Shown in pieces: positions 8,428 to 17,558 of a stretch of DNA of 53,181 nucleotides. This DNA comes from Acidimicrobiia bacterium. GTDB lineage: Bacteria; Actinomycetota; Acidimicrobiia; Spongiisociales; JAENVV01. The notes under the pieces are model-generated. The model was not told the DNA's origin, ran no database searches, and saw only the letters and a program-made list of their open reading frames with translations. The position numbers and the translations under genes are program-made. Every line of letters begins with the position of its first letter. The first letter of the stretch is position 1. The DNA is taken from contig JBFGJH010000017.1 in assembly GCA_041577335.1 (NCBI GenBank), positions 1 to 53,181 on the forward strand, written 5' to 3'.

Positions 8428-10005
8428 GTGACTGATCGGCAAACCGAAACGCTGAAAGCTGCCCTGGAGGCAGCCGAGGCGGAATCTGCGGCCAAATCGC
8501 GGCTGATCTCTCATACCTCACACGAGATCCGCACCAACCTGGCTGGAGTGCTCGGACTCGCCCAGGCCGCTCAAGAAACTCGCCTTACACCGGAACAGCA
8601 GGAGTTCTTCCATCTCATCGTCAGCTCGGGCGACGCCATCTTGACCCTCGTCAATGACCTGCTCGACCTCTCCAAGATGGAAGCGGGCATGCTGGTCGTC
8701 GACCACACGCCCTTCGATCTCCACGGCACGATCGACGATGTTGTTGCGGCGTACCGGGGCACGTTTGCCGCCAAACACCTCTCGCTCCGCGTCGAACTCG
8801 ATGAGCATCTACCCGCGAGGGTTGTCGGTGACCCGGGCCGCATTCGCCAGGTTTGTGCCAACCTCCTCGCCAACGCAGCACGTTTCACCGATACCGGCGG
8901 AGCGGTGCTCGAAGTCTCCGTGAAGGAGCGGAGCGCAGATTCGGTGCGGGTACAGTTTGCCGTCATCGACACCGGTGTCGGTGTGCCCGAGGATCGACGG
9001 GCCGCTATTTTCGCTCCCTACACTCAGGCGAACGCGAGCGCGGCGAGCAATCGGGGGGGCTCGGGTCTGGGTTTGTCGATCTCCCGCCAACTGGTTGAGC
9101 TGATGGGAGGCACGCTCAATCTGGAATCGACCGTCGGCGAGGGATCACGGTTCTTCTTCGATGTTCGCTTGGGTGTTGCTTCCGGCTCCGACGTCGCCGT
9201 CAGGCGGGCTGGTCTCGGCGATCTGAGCGACCTGCCAATGCTGGTTCTGTCTGCGCGACCGGAGACCGTTCAGGGAGCCATGGGAATCGCCGACGCTTCC
9301 ATCGATGTTGCTGCCGACTCGGAGCAGATGGAGAAGTACCTGGCCAACTCCGCCGATCAGCCCTACGCATTGTTGATTCTCGAAGCCGGCGATGCTCTCG
9401 AAATCGCCCGAGTCCTTCGCCAGCGCGAAGAACTAGAAACTACTCACATCATGATCCTCACATCGACGGGCGAGCGTGGCGACGGCGCCCTCTGCCGAGA
9501 GCTGCGCGTCGGCGGCTACCTGACTGCGCCATATTCGGCCGACGACGTGGTCACAGCCGCCGCCGAGGTCATCGCCGGGCCGGCACCTGTCGACCTCACG
9601 GTGCTTGTCACGCGGCATTGGTTGAGAGAGCGGCGCAAACACCTGAGCCTCCTGATCGTGGATGACAGTCCAACGCTGAGGATGACATCGAGTCGGCTCC
9701 TGGAGAGGCGTGGGCACTCGGTCAAGACAGTCGGCAGTGGAGAGTCGGCGCTCGAAGCAGTTGCGGTTCATCGCTACGACGCCATCGTCATGGACATCCA
9801 GATGCCGGCCATGGATGGTTATGAAACCACGGCGCGAATCCGCAACTCGGAGTTCGGCGCCGACATTCCGATCATCGCCGTCAGCTCACACGCGAGTGCA
9901 GAGGCCGAATCCAGGATCCTGGCGGCAGGGGCTTTCGCGCTCCTGGCCCGGCCCTTTGACGTGTTCGACCTGGTCGCCACCATCGAGCGAGCCATAGGGG
10001 ACTGA
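8428..10005 (+). CDS. Hybrid histidine kinase (HisKA-HATPase-REC-REC) lacking an input domain
   Basis: GTG 8428 after a GGAGGGG RBS; SHEIRT H-box, NLLANAARFT, DTGVG, GSGLGL; degenerate first receiver; second receiver with VDD...MDIQMP. Confidence 0.85.
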   Translation: MTDRQTETLKAALEAAEAESAAKSRLISHTSHEIRTNLAGVLGLAQAAQETRLTPEQQEFFHLIVSSGDAILTLVNDLLDLSKMEAGMLVVDHTPFDLHGTIDDVVAAYRGTFAAKHLSLRVELDEHLPARVVGDPGRIRQVCANLLANAARFTDTGGAVLEVSVKERSADSVRVQFAVIDTGVGVPEDRRAAIFAPYTQANASAASNRGGSGLGLSISRQLVELMGGTLNLESTVGEGSRFFFDVRLGVASGSDVAVRRAGLGDLSDLPMLVLSARPETVQGAMGIADASIDVAADSEQMEKYLANSADQPYALLILEAGDALEIARVLRQREELETTHIMILTSTGERGDGALCRELRVGGYLTAPYSADDVVTAAAEVIAGPAPVDLTVLVTRHWLRERRKHLSLLIVDDSPTLRMTSSRLLERRGHSVKTVGSGESALEAVAVHRYDAIVMDIQMPAMDGYETTARIRNSEFGADIPIIAVSSHASAEAESRILAAGAFALLARPFDVFDLVATIERAIGD

Positions 10006-10015
10006 TCGACCTACG

Positions 10016-11410
10016 ATGCAGCGCATGCGCGTGCTGCTCCTTTCCACCTATGAGCTGGGTCATCAGCCGCTTCACCTCGCCGTTCCAGCCGCCCGCCTCG
10101 AAGCCGATGGTCACACTGTGGAAGTCATCGACCTTGCTGTCGATGCGCTCGACTGGCACGCGGTGGAACGTGCCGGCGCAGTGGCGATCTCCGTGCCGAT
10201 GCACACGGCCATGGTCCTGGCGGTTGGCGTTGCTCGCAGGGTCCGGGCGCAACGGCCCGATCTTCCATTGGCGTTCTACGGCCTCTACGCCACGCTCGGC
10301 ATCGACCCAACCGTGGATCGACTAGCCCACCGGGTCATCTCAGGTGAGTATGTGGAGCCTTTGAGCGAATGGATCGCAGAATTGTCGACCGGTCTGGCCC
10401 ATCCCGGGCGTGCGATCGTTCGCGTCGGCAAGCCGCCGGCGGCGGTCCCACAACGCTCCGGCCTGCCCGCGCTCGACCGGTACGCACATCTGAAACTCGG
10501 CGACGAGCATCGTCTCGTTGGGTATGTCGAAGCCACCCAGGGTTGTCGGCACACCTGCCGACATTGCCCGGTTCCTGCCGTATATGGAGGGAGGTTCCGG
10601 GCCGTCGACGTCGAGTCGATACGTGCCGACGTCGACCAGTTGGTTGGTGGCGGAGCGCAGCACATCACTTTCGGCGATCCGGATTTCCTCAATGGGCCTG
10701 CCCACGCAGAGCGTGTCCTCGGAGTATTGCGCAGCGATCATCCCGAGTTGACGTTCGACGTCACAGTCAAGGTGGAGCACATCCTCGCCCACGCCGATAT
10801 CTGGGAGCGCCTGGCAGCCACCGGGGTGTTGTTTGTGGTCTCGGCGTACGAGTCGGTCGACGATCGGACTCTGCTTCTCATGGACAAGGGCCATACCGCC
10901 GCTGATCTCGGTCCGGCCACCACGGTGCTGAGATCAGCCGGCATCGATGTTCGTCCGTCGCTGCTTCCCTTCACCCCGTGGACGGAGCTCCAGCATCTAC
11001 CTTCTCTGTTCTCGTTCCTCTCGGAGTTCGATCTGCTGGGAAGCGTCGATCCGATCCAGCTGGCCATTCGCCTCCTGATTCCCAAGGGCAGCCTGATGCT
11101 CGAGCTTCCCGAGACCCAGGCCGCGGTAACCGGGTACCGGGCCGAGTCCCTGAGCTATCAATGGGAATCGGCCGACCCGCGCCTCGATGCTCTCCAGCGG
11201 CGGCTGGCGGATATTGCCGAGTCGGGTGCCGACCGAGAGGACCACTCCGCAACGTTGCTCGAACAGTGGGGGGCCGTTGTTGATGTCAGCGCCAGCACCC
11301 TCCCGGTGGCGATCCCAGCGGGAGCAGTTGCTGGGCGGCCCCGGCTCACGGAACCCTGGTTTTGCTGAGCGGAGCCAACTGCGAGCCAGGTTGGCTCGCT
11401 CGGCGATTGA
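10016..11410 (+). CDS. CUAEP-tail radical SAM selenoprotein (TGA 11366-11368 read as Sec)
   Basis: N-terminus STYELGHQP, CxxxCxxC (CRHTCRHC); the frame continues past TGA as ...EPWFC-U-AEPTASQVGSLGD-stop(11408-11410); SECIS-like hairpin follows the TGA. Start may be ATG 10025. Confidence 0.88.
11381..11399 (+). promoter_or_regulatory. Bacterial SECIS-like hairpin
   Basis: GCGAGCCA-GGT-TGGCTCGC: perfect 8-bp stem with a GGU-containing apex, starting 12 nt after the in-frame UGA. Confidence 0.75.
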
Positions 11411-11588
11411 GGGGCGGATACGCCCGGCTACCATCCGCGTAGGCCGCCGAGCGCACAGCCACATCGACGGCACACACATTGGCGATGGGCCCATGACGCC
11501 TGCGCGATGTCCGGCACGACACGAGTAGCAGCGGTCACTTCGGCCCTACCGTGCGAATCCGATGACCAGAGGCCGTCTCCGGCTGCGC

Positions 11589-13901
11589 TCAGGCCAGCGA
11601 ATCGATTCGGGCTGTGACGTCACGGATCTCGCGGGCGAAGGCAGCTCGACGCTCGGCGAGACCAGGCCCGGTGAGCAATCCCCGGTTGTCAGCGAGCTTG
11701 AGCCCGGATTTGAAGAGCACCTGAGAAACCGCTTCCTCCGACGAGATCTTTTCCTGGAGGCGATACAGCTTGCCGAGCTCCAGGGCGCGTGCCAGAAATC
11801 CAGCCTCGTCGAATTCTTCGGAAGCTTCCTCTCGTTCGAGTTGGTCGCCCACGACCATATATGCCTCCATGAACGGCTTGAGCGCCCACGTGCTGAATAT
11901 CGGTCGGCGCGCGGCCAGCATTTGCCGAGAGTTGCCTTCCTCGAGGTTCTGCTGCCACTGGCGATCGTGAAGGCGCATCTCGAATCCGAGCTCCGAGCGG
12001 AAGCTCTCCTTGTCTGGGAAGAAGAATTCGAACTTCAGCAGGTCGCGGAGGCGCATGACCTCATCCCAGAAGCACTCGACGGGGTCGCTGTGGGGGTGGG
12101 CGGCGAGGTGGACGAGCGCCAGTTCCACGATGCTGCCGCCCACGAAGTAGTGCACGATGGTGTTCCGGTAGTACGAGGCTGTGAGGTATTGGTCGTCGTG
12201 GATGCGATACACCGGTTCGGGCCCAGCGGTGAACGCGGTCACGATGTCATGCTCGGCCAAGCGATCGAGCGCCTCCTGGACCTGGTCCCGCCCATCCAGG
12301 CGCACCCGCTCGGTCACGGGAAGACGCCGCTTGTAGACGTAGGAGGTGAGGTCACTGAGGCTCTCCACGATCTGGTCGACCGTCATGACAACTCGACCGC
12401 TGGCCAGGAGCGCCAGGGTCACCGCCGACGTCGGAGTAATCGGCGTTACCCGGCTGATGCGCACCATCACCTCGAAAGCCAGTTTCTGGAGGGCGAGCGA
12501 CATCTCCTCCGAATCGGGTGGCGTGCCGTCGGAAGCGGCGGGAAGCTCTTTGGCCATCGATATCGGCTCGCCAAACCTTATGTGCACGTTGCCGTATCGC
12601 CGTCGCAGCGATCGGACTGCCTTCACGAGCCACGTGAGGGACTCGCCCTCCTTGGCCTCGCCGCGCTGCTCTCTGGCATAGTCCGATACGTCTTGTATCT
12701 GGTCGTACGCGATACAGATGGGTATCAGGATCACGTCCTCGGCCTTGTCCCGGCGAAGGCTGTCGGCGACGTACGTGAGCATTCCGAACTTGGGCGGGAG
12801 CAGCTTCCCCGATCGCGACCTACCCCCCTCCGGATACCACTCGAGTGGGAAGCGCTTCTCGATGAGAAAATCGATGTACGACTGAAGCGCAAACTTGTAG
12901 ACCGGCTTGTCTTTGAATGAGCGGCGGATGAAGAAGACACCCGATCGGCGGATCAACGGCCCCACCGGGAAGAAATTGAGGTTTATGCCCCCGGCCGTGT
13001 GATTGGGCGGGAGGTCGTTTTCCCACAGCATGAATTGCAGGACGAGTCGGTCGAGCTGCGACTTGTGCGACGGCAGGAAGACCAGCGGGTGCTGCTCCGA
13101 CATCTGGTAGATCTCAGCGAGTTGGGAAGCGTCGTAGTTGAGGGAGTTGTACCCCTGGCGGTAGAGCCAGTGGATGAGGTTGGCCATGACGTCGATGACG
13201 AGCGGGCTGTGTTTGGCGGCGATCTCCCTGAGATTGCGGCTTGCCTGGCGGTGAACGGAGTCGTACGACCGCGACCCTTCGTCGGCCAGGTGAGCGATCC
13301 CATCCTTGAAACTGCCCGATCGAAGGATTTCCTCGTGCAGGAATTTCGGAACCTTGTACCGATCGCCGCGAAATGCCCGTTCGGCACGCTCCAGGGCCAG
13401 CCAGGCGCGCCGCGCCACGAAATCGCCGAGTGAATGGGTGTCGGATCCGCTGCGCCATGCTTCGCGAAGCTCGGCACCGCCTGCGCCGTCTCCCAAAACC
13501 AGGCGGACCCGATCGGGAGCCATCGCCAGGATGGCGTACTGGCGGAGAGCGTCGGGATCGCGCGGGTCGCCCAGCTTCGCCAGATCGGTGATGCGGACCG
13601 ACCTCGTCCCCTGGCGATCAGGCCCCGCCCACACGGTTTTCACCGGAACCACGAGTGGGTCGTCATCGCGGCCGAGCCGGGCGTGCAGCCGCCGATCGGG
13701 TCGGCGAACCCTCCGGCGCCGTGACGAAGGTATGCGGATGGTCTCGTAACGGCCCTGGGCGTGGCGGCGTGCCCAGCTCTCGATGAGACGCATCTCGAGA
13801 GTGGTCGAGGCGTCGACGAGCAGAACAGTCGTACGCCCCTCGGCGGCCGGCCATGCGGGCTCATATGGCAGCGGCGTTTCTCCGTTGGGGACCAGGTTCA
13901 T
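11589..13901 (-). CDS. plsB: Glycerol-3-phosphate 1-O-acyltransferase
   Basis: LPSHKSQLD (HxxxxD), GVFFIRRSF, YPEGGRSRSGKLLPPK, PICIAYD; TAGAAT 6 nt before the ATG. Confidence 0.9.
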   Translation of the reverse strand: MNLVPNGETPLPYEPAWPAAEGRTTVLLVDASTTLEMRLIESWARRHAQGRYETIRIPSSRRRRVRRPDRRLHARLGRDDDPLVVPVKTVWAGPDRQGTRSVRITDLAKLGDPRDPDALRQYAILAMAPDRVRLVLGDGAGGAELREAWRSGSDTHSLGDFVARRAWLALERAERAFRGDRYKVPKFLHEEILRSGSFKDGIAHLADEGSRSYDSVHRQASRNLREIAAKHSPLVIDVMANLIHWLYRQGYNSLNYDASQLAEIYQMSEQHPLVFLPSHKSQLDRLVLQFMLWENDLPPNHTAGGINLNFFPVGPLIRRSGVFFIRRSFKDKPVYKFALQSYIDFLIEKRFPLEWYPEGGRSRSGKLLPPKFGMLTYVADSLRRDKAEDVILIPICIAYDQIQDVSDYAREQRGEAKEGESLTWLVKAVRSLRRRYGNVHIRFGEPISMAKELPAASDGTPPDSEEMSLALQKLAFEVMVRISRVTPITPTSAVTLALLASGRVVMTVDQIVESLSDLTSYVYKRRLPVTERVRLDGRDQVQEALDRLAEHDIVTAFTAGPEPVYRIHDDQYLTASYYRNTIVHYFVGGSIVELALVHLAAHPHSDPVECFWDEVMRLRDLLKFEFFFPDKESFRSELGFEMRLHDRQWQQNLEEGNSRQMLAARRPIFSTWALKPFMEAYMVVGDQLEREEASEEFDEAGFLARALELGKLYRLQEKISSEEAVSQVLFKSGLKLADNRGLLTGPGLAERRAAFAREIRDVTARIDSLA

Positions 13902-14023
13902 AGCCCGATTCTATGGCCTGATCGGACCGGCCGTCGACCGGAGCGAGGACCGAAGGCGCACAGCGTGGACATCGTCGGCGGAGCAGGGGTTCGGTCTCGG
14001 TCTCCCTCGACTAGGTTGCCCGC

Positions 14024-14479
14024 ATGCGACTGGTCGTTCAACGAGTCACGGGTGCATCGGTCACGAGTGACGGCGCCTCTGTCGGTGCCATCGGTCCCGG
14101 CTTGGTTGTACTCATCGGCGTCACCCAAGCCGACGGTGAGGCTGATGCCGCGGCCCTTGCCGACAAACTCGCCGGGTTGCGGATCTTCGGCGACGAGGCC
14201 GGAAAGATGAACCGCAGCGTCGCCGACGTTCATGGATCGGTTCTCGTGGTGAGCCAGTTCACACTGTATGGCGACGCCCGGCGAGGACGCCGTCCGTCGT
14301 TTACCGCGGCGGCCGAACCGGATCATGCTGAACGGCTCATCGAGCTGTTTTGCGTTGAGCTGGCCGGCCACGGCGTGCCGGTCGAAACGGGCCGGTTCCG
14401 AACCTCTATGCAGGTTTCGCTCACCAACGACGGGCCGGTCACCCTCATTCTCGAGGCTCGGGGTGGCCAGATTCTGTGA
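14024..14479 (+). CDS. dtd: D-aminoacyl-tRNA deacylase
   Basis: [34 protein letters not shown]. Confidence 0.96.
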   Translation: MRLVVQRVTGASVTSDGASVGAIGPGLVVLIGVTQADGEADAAALADKLAGLRIFGDEAGKMNRSVADVHGSVLVVSQFTLYGDARRGRRPSFTAAAEPDHAERLIELFCVELAGHGVPVETGRFRTSMQVSLTNDGPVTLILEARGGQIL

Positions 14480-17400
14480 GTGCTTGCAGGTGAGCGCGGC
14501 CCGGTTCACAGAACCTCACAAAATCACACGACCTGCACGCCGCGCCCGGAGTGGGGTCGAAAGCGGCGTCACTGATACCGGCGACGACCGTCTGCAGGTT
14601 GCTGCGAGCAGTTGCCAACCAATCGGCATCGACCGCCTGGGAACGCTCCTCGAGGACTCCTCCGCCGAGATAGGCGAAGGTCACTGCCAGCTCGGCGGGT
14701 CGAGGGCCGAAAGCGCCGTCGGCGACCGCCAACGCGTAGGCCTCGAGCTGGCGGTCGGCCGCCTCGGCGTTTGACGACCGCCCCGACTTGAAGTCAACGA
14801 TCTCCCAACCCGGGTAGATCGCGTCGACCCGGCCGCGAATGGCTGCTCCTTCCAGGCTCAAATCGAAGGGCGCCTCCACGAACAGAGGCTGAGTCTCGGC
14901 GAATCGAGAGGCTTCGAACACCTCGAACGGCCCCGGTCCTGTCCGTGACTTCGGCGCATCGTCGAGCGAGGTTGCGTCGTACAGCGAATCGGAGATGTCG
15001 GTGAGGGGGATGGCCCCACGGTTGTGAAGCTCAATCCGTCGGTGTACCTCGACGCCCACGGTTGCTGCCGTCGAGGGTCGCCGGGGAAGGGGGTCGACCG
15101 CGGTCCAGAAATACCGCTTGGGGCACATCGAGTAGGTGACGAGGTTGGTGACGGACACTTCAAAACGGGATGAGGCTGCCTCGGGCTCGTGAGGCGATGG
15201 CAGGCTGAAGAGCATTTCCTGCATGGAGTCCATGGCGACATCGTAGGAGGACCCAATCCCGAGCTCCGCAGCCCGCGAGGCGGCCCAGCTCGGGTCAGCG
15301 AATAGGCGCCGAATCGCTGCGCTCCACCCTTCATCGCCGAAGAGGGGATCGGGTCCCAGGCCGTCGGCGTCAGGAAGAAGCATGCCGGGCGGAGCCTCGG
15401 GCATCTCTGCGGTGCCACGATCGGCTACGACGGGGCTGGCCTGGGCCAGTTCGTAGAGGTCGCTCTTCTTCTTGGCGTTCTTGGTGGGAGTGGGGTGGCC
15501 GTACCACCAAGCACCGGTGATCCACAGGCGCGATTTTGCTCGTGTGGCAGCGACGTACGCCAAACGCCATTCAGATCGGTTGTGGCGGTCCCTGAGGATG
15601 TCCTTGCGGACGCGCGGCGTCATGTCTGCTGTCACGGCGGGATCGGGTTGGCCCTCGATGCGGAGCTCGTACGGCAAGATCGTCGCCGAAGCGAAGGGGT
15701 CATCGAACCGCTGTGATTTTGATGGAAAGTTCTCGCGATACACGGTCGGGACGAACACCGCCTCCCACTCGAGGCCCTTGGCCCGGTGAACCGTCAGGAG
15801 TGCCACTGCGTTCTCGCCAGACAGGTGAGCGGCACTCAATTCCTCGGCATCCTCTGCGGCCATCATTCGCAAATAGTGCAGGAACGTATCGAGGGAGGGA
15901 CGACCCTCCAACGGGCTCCATTCTTCGGCCAAGTCGAGGAACCGATACATGTTGAGGCGTGCTGATTGACGTGAGGCCGAAGCCATTGCCTCGATCTCAG
16001 GCCACGTGCCTGTCTCGCTGAGTATGTGGCGCACAAGCTCAACCAGCCTCACTCCCTGGGCTGCTTCGAGCAGGCGTCGGTAGGTGACGGTGAACTCGGC
16101 GAGCGCTTCGACAGCCCGGGGCTCGAGGCCTTCGATGGTTGGTGCGTGTTCGGCGGCTTCGACGAGCGTGTGGACCAGATCGGCATCGCCAGCGTCGGCA
16201 TTGTGTGACTTGATCCAATCGGCGAGCGGACGAATGTCTCCAAGACCGAGCCGATAACGACTGCCAAGCAAAACGCGAAGGAGGGCTGCGTGGTCGCCCG
16301 GATGGCCGAGGATTCGTAGCCACGCATGGACATCGGCGATTTCCGGGATGTCGAGGAGGCCACCGACGTTGGCAACCTCGACAGGGACGTCAGCATCTTC
16401 GAGCGTTTTGCGGATGAGCTCGATGCTCCGGTTCTTGCGAAAGAGCACCGCCATGTCGCGCCACTCCAGCCCGTCGGCCTTCATGCGGAGGACTTCGTCA
16501 GCGATGAAGCCCGCTTCGTCGACGGCCGTTGCGAACCACCGACAACTCACCTCTCCCTCGACGGCGCCGTCGACAGGGGTGAGGTCAAGCGTTCCACGAG
16601 CGGCAACGATCCCTCGAATCGTGTTGGCGAACTCCAAGATGCGACGGCCCGATCGACGGTTGAGCGAAAGAGGCAAAGATTGGGCGGGCTCGCCCGCCTG
16701 GTCGGGAAAGTGATCGGGGAATCGTTCGAAATTGGCGGGAGTTGCCCCGCGCCATTCATAGATCGTCTGGTCGACGTCTCCAACTGCCGTGATCGGAAAT
16801 CCGAGGCCGAAGATCGTTTGCAGGAGCATTCGCTGGGCGGGATTGGTGTCCTGGTACTCGTCAAGGAACACTGCTCGGTATCGGCTTCGGATTCGCGCTG
16901 CGATGTCAGGGAATCGGGACACGAGGAAATAGGCGCGTCCGATCAGATCTCCGTAGTCGATCACGCCGAGTCGCCGTTTCGCCGTCTCGAACCGCTCGAT
17001 CACCTTTGCGTAGTCGATGCGCTCGAGGCCGAGCGGTTGTGTCGGATCTCCGCATGCTGCCAGCTGCTCGGGCGTCGCCAGGTTCTCGGCCAGTCGCCCG
17101 GCCAGTTGTGTTGCCAAGTCGACCGTCTGGTCCCAGGTGGTGTTGAGTACCGTCACGGGCGTTTCGTCGATCGCATCAGACATGATTTGGCGAGCGAAGG
17201 TGGGCGTTATGAGACCGGCACCTCGCTCGACGCCGACGAACGCTCCAAACTCCTCGAGAATCGAGTGGGCGAACCCGTGGTACGTCTTGATGTCCACGAC
17301 ATCAATGGCTTCGAGATCGGACTCTTGCCGAGCGCCGGCCACGGTGGAGTTCACGCGCGTAGAGAGCTCGGCTGCTGCCTTGTTGGTGAAGGTGAGCCCG

Positions 17401-17558
17401 AGGATCGTGCCGGACTCGGCCGCAGATGTGACCAGCGCCGCAATACGAAGGGCCAAAGTCGTCGTTTTGCCCGTCCCGGCGCCTGCCGCAATTCGGAGAG
17501 GGGCATCGGCAGCCGCGAGGATCGCCGATTGTTCGGGTGTCGGAACGATGCGAGTCAT
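14445..17558 (-). CDS. adnB: AdnB-like helicase-nuclease (UvrD-type motor + C-terminal PD-(D/E)xK nuclease with 4-Cys motif)
   Basis: [61 protein letters not shown]...[10 protein letters not shown]; start overlaps the upstream stop (ATGA). Confidence 0.85.
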   Translation of the reverse strand: MTRIVPTPEQSAILAAADAPLRIAAGAGTGKTTTLALRIAALVTSAAESGTILGLTFTNKAAAELSTRVNSTVAGARQESDLEAIDVVDIKTYHGFAHSILEEFGAFVGVERGAGLITPTFARQIMSDAIDETPVTVLNTTWDQTVDLATQLAGRLAENLATPEQLAACGDPTQPLGLERIDYAKVIERFETAKRRLGVIDYGDLIGRAYFLVSRFPDIAARIRSRYRAVFLDEYQDTNPAQRMLLQTIFGLGFPITAVGDVDQTIYEWRGATPANFERFPDHFPDQAGEPAQSLPLSLNRRSGRRILEFANTIRGIVAARGTLDLTPVDGAVEGEVSCRWFATAVDEAGFIADEVLRMKADGLEWRDMAVLFRKNRSIELIRKTLEDADVPVEVANVGGLLDIPEIADVHAWLRILGHPGDHAALLRVLLGSRYRLGLGDIRPLADWIKSHNADAGDADLVHTLVEAAEHAPTIEGLEPRAVEALAEFTVTYRRLLEAAQGVRLVELVRHILSETGTWPEIEAMASASRQSARLNMYRFLDLAEEWSPLEGRPSLDTFLHYLRMMAAEDAEELSAAHLSGENAVALLTVHRAKGLEWEAVFVPTVYRENFPSKSQRFDDPFASATILPYELRIEGQPDPAVTADMTPRVRKDILRDRHNRSEWRLAYVAATRAKSRLWITGAWWYGHPTPTKNAKKKSDLYELAQASPVVADRGTAEMPEAPPGMLLPDADGLGPDPLFGDEGWSAAIRRLFADPSWAASRAAELGIGSSYDVAMDSMQEMLFSLPSPHEPEAASSRFEVSVTNLVTYSMCPKRYFWTAVDPLPRRPSTAATVGVEVHRRIELHNRGAIPLTDISDSLYDATSLDDAPKSRTGPGPFEVFEASRFAETQPLFVEAPFDLSLEGAAIRGRVDAIYPGWEIVDFKSGRSSNAEAADRQLEAYALAVADGAFGPRPAELAVTFAYLGGGVLEERSQAVDADWLATARSNLQTVVAGISDAAFDPTPGAACRSCDFVRFCEPGRAHLQALTESGHPEPRE

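Noticed and set aside
14445..14479. 35-nt convergent overlap of dtd and adnB
   Set aside because: Short tail-to-tail overlaps are common and show no further signal
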